64,000 nucleotides of DNA, from positions 100,502,001 to 100,566,000 of the forward strand of contig OZ024744.1 of the NCBI GenBank assembly GCA_964016885.1. The letters run 5' to 3'. Positions 1 to 11,469 of the stretch are shown piece after piece. The notes below the pieces were generated by a model, which saw only the letters and a list, made by a program, of their open reading frames with translations, was not told the DNA's origin and searched no databases. A program made the position numbers and the translations under genes. Every line of letters starts with the position of its first letter. The stretch's first letter is position 1. The DNA is from Eledone cirrhosa (taxonomy: Eukaryota).

Positions 1-1112
1 TGTGTTACAAATCTGTCCAGTGATTCTTTCCTGAGACATTCTAATTACATGTCCATAAGTATCAGAGCTGTGATCTCTCAATTCAGAGAAGTAGCAGCTC
101 TACCTGGAGTGACTCACTGATCACCGCGTTACAAATCTGTCCAGTGATTCTTTCCTGAGACATTCTAACCACATGTCCATAGTATCAGAGCTGTGATCTC
201 TCAATTTGGAGAAGTAGCAGCTCTACATGGAGTGACTCACTGATCACCGTGTTACAAATCTGTCCAGTGATTCTTTCCTGAGACATTCTAACCACATGTC
301 CATAGTATCAGAGCTGTGATCTCTCAATTTGGAGAAGTAGCAGCTCTACATGGAGTGACTCACTGATCACCGCGTTACAAATCTGTCCACTGATTGTTTC
401 CTGAGACATTCTAACTACATGTCCATAAGTATCAGAGCTGTGATCTCTCAATTCGGAGAAGTAGCAGCTCTACCTGGAGTGACTCACTGATCACTGTGTT
501 ACAAATCTGTCCAGTGATTCTTTCCTGAGACATTCTAATTACATGTCCATAAGTATCAGAGCTGTGATCTCTCAATTCAGAGAAGTAGCAGCTCTACCTG
601 GAGTGACTCACTGATCACCGCGTTACAAATCTGTCCAGTGATTCTTTCCTGAGACGTTCTAACCACATGTCCATAAGTATCAGAGCTGTGATCTCTCAAT
701 TCAGAGAAGTAGCAGCTCTAACTGGAGTGACTCACTGATCACCGCGTTACAAATCTGTCCAGTGATTCTTTCCTGAGACGTTCTAACCACATGTCCATAG
801 TATCAGAGCTGTGATCTCTCAATTCAGAGAAGTAGCAGCTCTACCTGGAGTGACTCACTGATCACCGCGTTACAAATCTGTCCAGTGATTCTTTCCTGAG
901 ACGTTCTAACCACATGTCCATAGTATCAGAGCTGTGATCTCTCAATTCGGAGAAGTAGCAGCTCTACCTGGAGTGACTCACTGATCACTGCGTTACAAAT
1001 CTGTCCACTGATTCTTTCCTGAGACATTCTAACCACATGTCCATAAGTATTAGAGCTATGATCTCTCAATTTGGAGAAGTAGCAGCTCTAACTGGAGTGA
1101 CTCTCTGATCTC
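1..1112. repeat. Tandem array of 123-124-bp units (~9 copies, open at window start) derived from RTE LINE coding sequence
   Basis: gttacaaatc recurs at 4, 128, 251 and so on. Minus strand reads like ..SESLQVELLLLRIERSQL*YYGHVVRMSQERITGQI and runs into single-copy RTE sequence at 1113-1198 (QVAEMGFLRRVFG). Confidence 0.9.
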
Positions 1113-1544
1113 CAAAGATCTATTGAGTAACCTTACTCCAAAGACCCTTCTGAGGAACCCCATTTCGGCCACTTGTACTCATAATCCTATTCTTTCAGCT
1201 CCTTTTTCAAAATTATGATCTTTTATTTCTAGGATATAATTACATAAAAATAATAAAAAATTTAATATTTTGTCAAACATACAGAAAAAGAAAGTAGCAT
1301 TGGAAAGGACTATGAATGCTATAAATGAGCGGAAAAGAGGGAAAGGGTAAGGATTTATTGTGATGCCTATATGATCACTTTACAGTGTGGACTGGGTGTT
1401 TTTTGTCGTGGCATCAATACGATCACTTTACCGAGTGGACTGGGTGCTTTTTGTTGAGAATCAACATGACCACTTTATTGTGTGGGCTGGGTGCTTTTTT
1501 TGTGACACCTATACACCCACTTTACAGTGTGGACTAGACATATA

Positions 1545-2423
1545 CAGGGTGCGGACGATGTTTGTTCGCAAGATTACTGTCTAGGAAAAAATAACACTAG
1601 TTTTATTTTTTAAGATTTATTTATCAAACTTGGGTCAGTTTGTCTTCATGACTTGCTCTTTCGATCTCACTCGATAAACCCGCCATTGGCTTTGATGACG
1701 GCCTCGGAACCGGCTACAGGCCCTCGTCACTGTCCCCCGACTAAGGCCCCTAAAGGCACTTGTGATCCTGGCCTTCAGATCGTCTTTCGTATTGCAGCTA
1801 GATCTGTTGGTATCTCGTACCACTGCGCCCCACACAAAGAAGTCGAGGGGGTTGCAGTCAGGCGAGCTGGGAGGCCAGATGTCAGGTGAAGTGTGGTCGA
1901 CGAAGTTCTCTGACAACCAGGCTTGGGTCTTTCGGCTGATATGGCAGGGCGCTGAGTCTTGCTGCCACACGTACGGCCTACCTGCAGCTACCTGATCGAT
2001 CCAGGGCTTTACTACCTCGCTCAGAACGCAGATGTAGCCATCGGTGTTCAGCTTGAGGCCCTCTGGGAAGAAGTGAAGTGGCATGACGTCACCTTGACTG
2101 CTGACGAGACCTAAGTCCAATGTTGTCGCTGGAAACTTTGTCTGCATGACTCTGGGCACGTCTTTGGATGAGACAGCGAGCCACCTGTTGTTCTGGGAGT
2201 TGATCTTCTGGTCTTATTTGTCCTCCCGGCGCGGATTCCAAGAAGAACTCTGTGTCTCTTCCACAAATTTGGAGGTTCAAAATTATTCATAATCAATTAT
2301 TCTGAAAATAAATAATGGAAATATAGTCACTGTTTTTATGAAGACAACAGTGACAACGGAAGTAAAATAAATTTGCATAAAATTAGCAGTTGAAAATTGC
2401 GAACAAATATCGTCGGCACCCTG
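1545..2423 (-). mobile_element. Internally deleted Tc1/mariner transposon of the DD37D (maT) family
   Basis: 27-bp TIRs cagggtgc(g/c)gacgat(g/a)tttgttcgcaa with 2 mismatches, TA on both flanks. Remnant QQDSAPCH...WPPSSPDCNPLD has 37 residues between the last two Asp. HTH region is missing. Confidence 0.9.
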
Positions 2424-2564
2424 TATATATATATAAGAGTTAATGTTTGCAGTTCAAATAGCTTTCAAATAATAGCCTGAAAGGGTGTTACTGATGATGA
2501 AAACGACATGAACAGCATTAAGAAAGTGTAAGTTGATAATTGTTCTTAAATATTGGAAAGGTTA

Positions 2565-4035
2565 TTGTTGGTGGTGGTGATGGCTAGATGGAGATGGCTG
2601 TGTTAATGTTGTTGTTGTTGTTGTTTGTTGTTGGTGGTGGTGATGGTGGTGGTGGTGGTGGTGGTGGTGGAGTGGTGGTGGTGGTGATGATGGTTGTGTT
2701 AGTGTTGTGGCTGTTGTTCATGGTGGTGGTGATGGTTAGAAGGGGATGGGGATGACTGTGTTAGAGTTATTGTTGTTGTTTGTAGTGGTGGTGGTGGTGG
2801 TGAGGAGATGGTTGTATTAGTGTTGTTGCTGTTGTTCATGGTGGTGGTGGTGGTAGTGGTAGTGGTGGTGGTGGTAGTTGTGTTAGTGTTGTTGCTGTTC
2901 ATGTTCATGGTAGTGCTGGTGGTAGTAGTGGTAGTGGTGGTAGTGGTAGTGGTGGTGGTGGTAGTTGTGTTAGTGTTGTTGCTGTTGATGTTCATGGTAG
3001 TGCTGGTGGTGGTAGTGGTAGTGGTGGTTGTGGTGGTAGTGGTAATGGTGGTGGTGGTAGTGGTGGTTGTGGTGGTAGTGGTAGTGGTGGTTGTGGTGGT
3101 AGTGGTGGTGGTGGTAGTTGTGTTAGTGTTGTTGCTGTTGATGTTCATGGTAGTGCTGGTGGTGGTAGTGGTGGTTGTGGTGGTAGTGGTAGTGGTGGTG
3201 GTGGTGGTTGTGTTAGTGTTGTTGCTGTTGATGTTCATGGTAGTGGTGGTGGTGGTGGTTGTTGTTGTGGTGGTGGTGATGGTTGTGTTAGTGTTGTTGT
3301 TGTTGTTCATGGTGGTGATGGTGGTGGTAGTGGTAGTGGTGGTGGTGGTTGTGATGGTTGTGTTAGTGTTGTTGTTGTTGTTCATGTTGGTAGCGGTGGT
3401 AGTAGTGGTGGTGGTGGTGGTGATGGTGGTGATGATGGTGATGATGGTGGTGGTGGTGGTAGTGGTAGTGGTGGTGGTAGTGGTGGTGGTGCAGGTGGTG
3501 GTAGTGGTAGTGGTGGTGGTAGTGGTGGTGGTAGTGGTGGTGGTGGTAGTAGTGGTGGTAGTGGTGGTGGTAGTTGTGGTGGTGGTGGTAGTAGTGGTGG
3601 TGGTTGTAGTGGTGGTGGTGGTAGTGGTAATGGTGGTAGTAGTGGTAGTGGTGGTAGTAGTGGTGGTGGTGGTAGTAGTAGTGGTGGTGGTGGTGGTGGT
3701 AGTAGTGGTGGTGGTAGTGGTGGTAGTAGTGGTGGTAGTGGCAGTAGTGGTGGTGGTGGTAGTGGTAGTAGTGGTGGTGGTGGTAGTGGTGGTGGTGGTG
3801 GTGGTAGTGGTGGTGGTGGTGGTAGTGGTGGTGGTGGTAGTGGTGGTGGTAGTGGTGGTTGTTGTGGTGGTGGTGATGGTTGTGTTAGTGTTGTTGCTGT
3901 AGTTGTTCATGGTGGTGGTGGTAGTGGTGCTGGTGGTTGTTGTGGTGATGGTGGTGGTGGTAGTGGTGGTGGTGGTGGTAGTGGTGGTGGTGGTGGTAGT
4001 GGTGGTTGTTGTGGTGATGGTGGTGGTGGTAGTGT
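2565..4035. repeat. Compound (GGT/GTA/GTT)n microsatellite with a recurring gttgtgttagtgttgttgctgttgatgttcat subunit
   Basis: Direct inspection; the poly-T and poly-V ORFs are artefacts. Confidence 0.95.
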
Positions 4036-4158
4036 TTTTGTTGTTTATTTGATAAGGTTTGTGGAAGAATCATTTCCTTCCCCCCACCCCCAACTTTCAT
4101 CCAATTATGAGTGATTGGGGGTGGGGTTTAGTAAGTTTGATTTTCACAATAAGTGTAT

Positions 4159-4370
4159 CTTACTACGATAGATTATTGGAAATATATTGATTTTTATAAA
4201 CATGGGGTGTCTTATCATAGGTTATTGGAAATGTATTGATCTCTATAAAAAAGTGGGTGTCTTATCATGATAGATTATAGGAAATGTATCGATCTCTATA
4301 AAAAAAATAGGCCTGTCTGATCATGATAGGTTATTAGAAATAAATTGATCTCTATACTAAAAAAAATGGA
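4159..4370. repeat. Four degenerate ~52-bp tandem copies of the 3' end and donor of AASDH exon G
   Basis: Units such as cttatcatgatagattataggaaatgtatcgatctctataaaaaa align to 5649-5695 cttaccatgataggttattggaaatgaattgatttctataaaaaa. A further copy lies at 5601-5640. Confidence 0.75.
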
Positions 4371-4442
4371 CTTTTATTTCTATTTCAATTCTAAAACTTC
4401 TCCTGCTGTGTTCCAAACATATTTCCTTTGTTACATACCATG

Positions 4443-5095
4443 TGGATTGGCAGAGCGTCAGACACCATGCTTTGCAGCATAGAGTTATGGCCCTTTACGC
4501 TCTGAGTTCAAATCCCGTTGAGGTTAACTTTGCCTTTCATCCTTACGGGGTCGATAAAATAAAGTACCAGTAATGTACTGTGATAATTGCTGGCCTTGTG
4601 CCAAAAGTAGAAACAATTATATTATTAAGCTATAGCTTCTAAAAATAATGGAATAAGTTGGGTGGGTTCATTGGTGTAATGGTAGTGTACTCATCTGGCT
4701 AACAAGAGGTGTGGGTTCAACTCCCATATGTGCTGATATCCGTCTTTTACCATTCAGTGGGTTTATATGTCCCATGATTAGATTATATTATATAGTTAAA
4801 CAGGGTAGTGGATTGGCAGTATCGGTAGAGGATCGGACGCCATGCTTTCCAGGATAGAGTTACGTCCCTTTACGATCTGAGTTCAAATCCCGCCAAGGTT
4901 AGCTTTGCCTTTCATTCTTATGGGGTCGATAAAATAAAGTACCAGTAATGCACTGGGTAATTGCTGGCCTTGTGCCTAAAGTAGAAACAATTATTTATTT
5001 ATTGACTTCGCCTTTCATCCTTACGGGGTTGATAAAATAAAGTACCAGTAATGCACTGGGTAATTGCTGGCCTTGTGCCTGTAGTAGAAACAATT
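4443..5095 (+). mobile_element. Cluster of tRNA-derived SINE family A (~185 bp; octopus OK/OR-like): 4443-4620, 4808-4992, partial 5002-5095
   Basis: Head tggattggcag...gagttcaaatccc (B box), core tttgcctttcatccttacggggtcgataaaataaagtaccag, tail gtagaaac(aat)n. More than 15 copies in the window. Confidence 0.85.
4668..4765 (+). pseudogene. tRNA-derived short element or tRNA pseudogene (related copy ~19955-20046)
   Basis: A box tggtgtaatggtag and B box ggttcaactcc. Cloverleaf is degenerate. Both copies share a similar 3' tail. Confidence 0.5.
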
Positions 5096-5356
5096 ATATA
5101 GTTAATGTTACAGTGAAGCTTCTTTTTCTATTCTAAAACTTTGCTTGCCGCGTTCCAAAAATAATTCCTCCTCTTTCTTCTACGCTCACCTATTCCTGAG
5201 AGGGCCGCGGGGACATAAGCAACCGTCTCCAACTGATACGGCTGGACCCCAAAGCATAACCAGCTAAGTTCATGGATGTTATCCAACCATCTTGCTTGGA
5301 GTCAACCCTTGGGTCTCCTGTCGGTTGGTTTTGCCTGTAATATTTCCTTTGTTTAA

Positions 5357-5574
5357 CCCTTTATCATTTACATTACTCTATATTTACTATTATATTTTCA
5401 TGGTAAACACTTTATTTCACATTATTATCTCACATAATATCAAATCTACGAGATATTGATATTTATTTTGAGAACAATACCTTAACATAAGTGTGAGCAG
5501 CCAGTTATGGCTGGTTTGAACAGAAAGGGGTGAGAAAATTCTGGCCAGATATGACCAGTTGAAAAGCTAAAAGG
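5357..5574. mobile_element. piggyBac-like MITE (~220 bp, TTAA flanks, TIR CCCTTTAGCATTTA). Other copies at about 16549-16768, 17875-18288, 21598-21816, 23512-23708, 25216-25391, 25557-25777, 27612-28121, 46470-46775, 56037-56565, 61180-61349
   Basis: TTAA|CCCTTTAGCATTTA...TAAATGCTAAAGGG|TTAA ends, and a shared internal sequence (gagattttgatattatttattttgagaacaataccttaac). Confidence 0.85.
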
Positions 5575-5653
5575 TTAAAATATTTCCTTTATTTAAAAAA
5601 AGGTTATTGAAATAAATTGATCTCTAGAGAAAAACAAATGGCAGGTACCTTAC

Positions 5654-5867
5654 CATGATAGGTTATTGGAAATGAATTGATTTCTATAAAAAAGTCTGGC
5701 TGGTAATGAGCTGAGAGTTGTTTCTGAAGAGAAGCTTTCAACAAATGTTCTCTGTGGGAATCATCCATCTTTTCCTTGTGCCACATTGAACAAACATAAA
5801 ACAATGCCAAAGAACCATTAAATGACAAAACCTTGCAATTCTCCACAAAATCTTCTTGTTCAACAAC
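5654..5867 (-). CDS. AASDH: AASDH-like exon G (VVEQEDFVENCKVL...LSAHYQPDFFIEINSFPITYHG)
   Basis: AG acceptor at 5868-69. Donor G|GTAAG at 5653, with an alternative GT 5 nt further at 5648. A10 region PxTxHG(K). The gene continues beyond position 1. Confidence 0.85.
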
Positions 5868-6044
5868 CTACGTAAATAGAATAAAATATATCTGTATCAA
5901 ACTGTGTAAAGTAAATCTCACTGGTGGGTGTATATATGTGTGTGTATAAACATATATATGTCAAGTAAACCTCACTGGTGAGTGTATATATGTGTGTATA
6001 TACATATATATGTCAAGTAAACCTCCCTGCTGCATATATGTCAA

Positions 6045-7075
6045 CATCATCATCATCACCGTTTTACGTCCATTCTTCCATGCTAGCATGGGTTAGACAG
6101 GTTGTCCTGTTGTGGGCAGCGTCCGTCGGCTGACGTTGTCTTGCTCATACGGGAACTGATTCTGGCTTGATTTCTACAGCTGGATGCCCTTCCTAACACC
6201 AACCTCATTTACAGTGAGTGCTGGGTGCTTTTTTACCATGGCGCCTACACGACCACTTTACAGTGTGGACTGGGTGCTTTTTTGCCGTGGTACCTCCACG
6301 ACCACTTTGCAGTGGGAGAGTGTGGGTGGTATATTGTCTATAAGCTTTTATCCATGGGAAGTCAGGTCTTCTGTATTACTGCGTGACGCCAGCGGTCACG
6401 GTCGTATGTCATCGCCTTTGAGAGGTGTAATTGGGTAAGGTCAGTTTTTATCACCTCATCCCAGGTCTTCTTGGGTCTCCCCACTCCGCGATTTCCATCA
6501 ACTTCTAGTGCTCTGCACCTTTGTATGCAGCTGTCATCCTTCATACGAATCACATGTCCATACCAACGCAACCTCCTCTCCTGCACACATCATTTGATTC
6601 CTCTTATGTTCAGTCTCTCTCTCAATTAGTTTATGTTTTGTTGTTCGCGTATATTACTATTACACATCCATTGGAGCATGCAGGCTTCACTCTTTCTAAT
6701 CTGTGCAAGTCTTCCACAGACAGCGCCCAGGTCTCACTACCATGTAATATTGCTGTTCGTATGCACGCATCATACAGTCTACCTTTCATTTTGAGGGAAA
6801 AGCATTTTGTGGGTAGCAGTGGTAGTAGCTCCCTGAACTTCTTCCATCCCATTCTCACCCTGGTTACTATACTTTCAGAACACCCACCCCTGCTGCTAAT
6901 TCGGTCACCCAGGTAACAGAATCTGTCTACTCTTTCTACAGAGCCCTCCCAGAGTTTGGTAGTGCATGTTTCCTGTGGCCGTTTGCTGCTTGCTGTCCCA
7001 GCACAGCTGCTACATGTGAAGCCTACATTCTTAGTTAAGCTTCCTGAGATCCCGCTACATCTCTTGTGTACCCAT
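6045..7075 (-). mobile_element. RTE-clade LINE 3' fragment (6340-7075) joined to SINE family B body and tail (6045-6315)
   Basis: WVHKRCSGI..FTCSSC; FCYLGD; RMGWKKFREL..KGRLYDACIRTAILHGSETW; RRLRWYGHVIRM..GRPKKTW. Frameshifted. Confidence 0.85.
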
Positions 7076-7169
7076 ATACATATATATGTAAACTAAACCT
7101 CACTTGTGGGTGTGTATATGTATGTAGTAAACTTCAGGGGTGAGTTATATATGTGTGTGTGTATATAAT

Positions 7170-8877
7170 GACAGATATCACTGCTGAAACGACAGCGCGT
7201 ACTCTCGTATCTGCATGGATCGCTCGTTTTGGAGTACCAACCACAATAACAACGGACCGCGGTCGTCAATTTGAATCGAACCTCTTCCGTGAATTAACAC
7301 AAATTATTGGCGCTACTCGCATAAGAACCACGGCATATCATCCAGCATCAAACGGAATGGTGGAAAGATTTCACAGGCAACTCAAAGCCTCTTTAAGGGC
7401 TTCAATGGACTCTTCACGTTGGAGTGAGTACCTACCTATTGTGTTGTTAGGTATGCGGTCGACAATAAAGGTGGACCTTGGGTTCTCCCCGGCCGAATTG
7501 ATTTATGGTACTCCTCTTGCGTTACCGGGGAAAATGCTTGATCCTGTTGATCTTGCTTCGCAGGATCCCGCTTCCTACGTGTCCCGGCTTCATTCTTACT
7601 TCCAGGATTTACCACTGATGGACACTAGGAAGCAAGCTGTAAAAACTGCCGTCCCAAGGGATATTGCCTTGTGGACACATGTGTTCGTTAGAGACGACGC
7701 TGTGAGACCCCCTCTCACACGGCCGTACTCTGGACCCTATCGTGTGCTTGCTCGTACAGAGAAACATTTCACAGTGGACATTAGGGGGTCCAGGGAAACT
7801 ATTTCCGTTGATCGCCTCAAACGAGCCAATCTGGACACTGACACAGTGACACTTGAACCACAAATGCCCCCTTCTTTTTCTTCGCCACATACACTTGTTC
7901 CCCCCCCCCACCAACATACAGAAATACGACCCGTTCAGGTCGAAGGGTGCATTGGCCCCGTAAGCTATGCAGTACTATAAACTTCTTAATTGTATTCTTT
8001 TTTCTTGCAGTTATTTTTACTGCATATTGAATTTGTTGTATTTTGTACCCTGACTGCCTTTGGTATTTTTAAGGCATATTATAATTTTTCATTGCATTTT
8101 GTAACCTTACTGCCTACGGCATTTTCAATGCCTATCGTTTTTTTTTATCGCATTTGGGACCCTTACTGCGAATGGTATTTTTAATGCATTTTGCATTTAT
8201 TGCTGCATGTGTATAATTATTGCATTTATTGTATATTATTTTGTGTAATGCTTGCATGCATTAACCTATTTCACCTCTATATTGTTCGTTTTGAAACCGG
8301 TTTCAACAACTTGTAAAGAGTACCTTGTAAGGCTTTGGCTTCATTGTTATATATTACAGGAATTTTTCTTGCACCAATTTACAACTTCTAGTTCCTCCAT
8401 GCTATCGTTTGTTTTATGATTTTTATTAAAAATCTGGTCGGAGGTGATTGTAGTAACTATGGCGACAGTGTGTTGACTATAGCAATGCAGTGTCGCCACC
8501 TGTGGGTAACACAAAAAAATAGCGAATTACTTCCCTTATCTCGGCGTTCTCTAAAAGAAGTGACGCCAATGTAAAACTCAAGAGATTTGGTTTTCAATTC
8601 CAGTCGCCTTTGTCCTGCCACGTGGACGTACTTTGGGAAAACGCCTGCTTTTGATGAAGACATTTTCATATCTCTTCTTGAATGTAAGAATTAAGCCATT
8701 GCCGTTTAGCTTGCAGGGTATGTCCTATGAATGTAATTATTATGTTATGTTTTATTAAATGAATCATTTAATAAAAGATTAGCCTTGTTATCATTAAAGC
8801 CCTTCTGTTTTAATTAATAATCTTAGAGAGATGAGATGTCATTCACACACCTGGACGATATATAGTTTTTCTTTACA
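7170..8877 (+). mobile_element. 5'-truncated Ty3/Gypsy retrotransposon: integrase C-terminal part, PPT-like tract and 3' LTR (8449-8877)
   Basis: [38 protein letters not shown] and GPY/F motif (RPYSGPYRV). tctggtcggaggtgat precedes the LTR, which runs TGTAG...TTACA and contains aataaa. Confidence 0.88.
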
Positions 8878-9204
8878 TATATGTAAAGTAAACCTCACAG
8901 GTGAATGTATATACATATTTGTGTAAAGTAAACTTCACCGGTTGGTGTATATATGTCTGCATATATACACATATGTGTAATGTAAACCACACTAGTGCAT
9001 ATATGTGTGTGTATAATATGTGTATAGTAAACCTTACTGATGAGTGTGTGTATATAATTTGGTGTACATATGTGTGGGTGTGAGAGAGTATGTACATATA
9101 TATGCATGCATATGTACATACTCTCTCATACACACACCCATCAGTAAGGTTTAATACATACATACATGCATGCATGCATGCATGCATGTATGTATGTATG
9201 TATG

Positions 9205-9810
9205 TAGGTCACCAGTTGGTGCTACTGGTAACATGTATCCCAGTACAACCTGTCTCATGGTCAGGTCGTTGGCGACTAAACTGGCAACCCTACCAAGGTT
9301 TCTTGGTGAGGAGGGTGACTTTGGACATCCTGCAGGACTAAAAACAAAACCTGTCAAAGGGCAAAGGAGCTCTTAAGAGTCAATGGCCATCCAAAATCAC
9401 TGGGAGAGATGACCCCTTAGCCTTTGTTAAAGCAGAATTTTAGGAGAAGGAAAACTCTGATATAACACCTGCAACCCTGATGATATCCAATGATGTTGAG
9501 TTGTTTTTCTTTTTGGTAAATATCATCTTGGTTAAGAGAGTGGGACTGGCTTTGTGCAGTACCTTTGCTCACTATAAAAGCTTCATGGCACAGGCACTGC
9601 TTTATATCTGGAGATCTCTCTGCACTTGTCGTCACATGGTACCATGGGCCCATCACTATGTGTCAATAATTGTCACAAGTGTAGTGTTTGTACCAGAGTT
9701 TTCAAGTCGCTGGCTGGACTAAAAAGTCACACTCGTTCAGCGCATCGGTAGGGGTTCCCCTACATGGATATAAAGTAGTGGCCGTACTCGAAAACGAGTT
9801 GGCAGCCACC
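9205..9810 (+). mobile_element. Dispersed repeat resembling an RTE 5'-UTR-type element (copies at 56700-57290; partial inverted copy at ~11140-11295)
   Basis: gctactggtaacatgta.cccagtacaacctgtc.catggtc and taggagaagg.aactc are shared between copies. Confidence 0.55.
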
Positions 9811-9924
9811 ATATGTGTATGTATGTATATATTTATGTATGTATGTATGCATATATGTATGTATATGTGTATGTTTACATATATGTATGTATGTAAAAGA
9901 AAAATAATTGTTTTGTATTCATAC

Positions 9925-10097
9925 ATGTTCTATTTCTTGGAGATTCAGTCGCTTGCCATGTCTTTTCAGCTGTTCATCTTTTCTTTGAAGATAAAATATT
10001 TTACCCGACCGATCAACATTAACCAAATCTCCGGTATTCCGTAAACCATTCTCAGGAGTTGCTTCATCATTTACAACACATAAACGATTAAAACTTC
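9925..10097 (-). CDS. AASDH: AASDH-like exon F (GSFNRLCVVNDE...RNTGDLV...LQRKDEQLKRHGKRLNLQEIEH)
   Basis: tttacAG acceptor and GTatga donor. 173 nt = 2 nt + 57 codons. A7 (TGD) and A8 (RKDxQxKRHGKR) motifs. Confidence 0.93.
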
Positions 10098-10634
10098 CTG
10101 TAAAAACAAAAACAAAAATATATCTATATAAAAACCTTTTAGAATTTAACTTTATTGGTAGTTTTCTGATGTATTCACAAACACTCTCTCTCTCACATAT
10201 ATATATATGAATAAAGTGGTCCTTCATCAGTGATCTTCCAACCATCACAGGTATTTCTTCGCTTTAAAGACCATATACCTCCGGTTGGTGCGAGCAACGG
10301 CTAAAAAAAGTTGTTGGAACACGTAAATAAAGGGGACAGCGAGAGTGTAAACAAACAAAGATGGTGAAGCAACGAAAAGTGAGGAAGAACGAGTCAAGTC
10401 CCAAATTTCCATGAATATAAGTTCGGTGAAATCGTGAACGAGAGAGAATAAAGACCATCAAACCTGGTTGGAATGTGAGCAAGGAAGGAATTCCATACAG
10501 GTCTAACGGGAGGAAGAAGGAATCTAGTCTGTGAATTCGGTGAACATAAGTTCTGTGAAATCGTAGACGAGAGAGAGAAAAAAGGCGAACCAGCCTGACT
10601 AAGCATGCGAAAGAAAAGAATTACACACAGGTCA

Positions 10635-10665
<31 letters not shown>

Positions 10666-10867
10666 AATACACAGTCCACGCTGTAATGTGGCCGTGTAGG
10701 TAACATGGTAAAAAGCTCCACACTGTAAATGTGGTTGGTGTTAGGAAGGGCATCCAGCCGTAGAAAACCTGCCAAATAGTCCTATACGAGCTAGAACTAA
10801 TGAATCTTGCCTCAAGTGGGACAACTCCTGTCAAACCCATGCTAACGTGGAAGATAGACGTTAAACA

Positions 10868-10911
<44 letters not shown>

Positions 10912-11314
10912 ATACATATATATATATATATGATGGCTGCACCCTCGTTATTGAGTATGGCCATTGGCTGATACACCATTATTAATAATTATTAATTAAT
11001 TCAATCTGAGTTCAAATCCCGCCGAGGTTAACTTTGCCTTTCATCCTTACGGGGTCGATAAAATAAAGTACCAGTAATGCACTGGGTAATTGCTGGCCTT
11101 GTGCCTAAAGTAGAAACGATTAATTAATTCTATCGTACAATACCTGTGCGTGAAGATATTTTTTAAAGTGAAGAAAGACTGTGCACTGAGCCAATCCCAC
11201 TCTCTGAGCGACAGTAGCTATAACCGGGAAAGAAGAAAAGATCAATATCATCGATAACTACTGAGCCCCAGGTTTTATATCGGAGTTATCCCAGTTATAT
11301 ATGAATATATATAC

Positions 11315-11414
<100 letters not shown>

Positions 11415-11469
11415 TCGTTTCTGAATTTGTTTAGCAAGATTCTTTATCTGAAAACGTGTGTTGAAACCG

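Noticed and set aside
2699-3910. 403-aa poly-Thr (mucin-like) and 364-aa poly-Val ORFs
   Set aside because: Trinucleotide microsatellite with no splice or homology support. Same for 25700-26188 and 46863-47474.
1200-5600. Next AASDH exon (PCP domain, GGDS motif) expected downstream of exon G
   Set aside because: No minus-strand segment with suitable splice sites and an open frame was found. It presumably lies beyond position 1.
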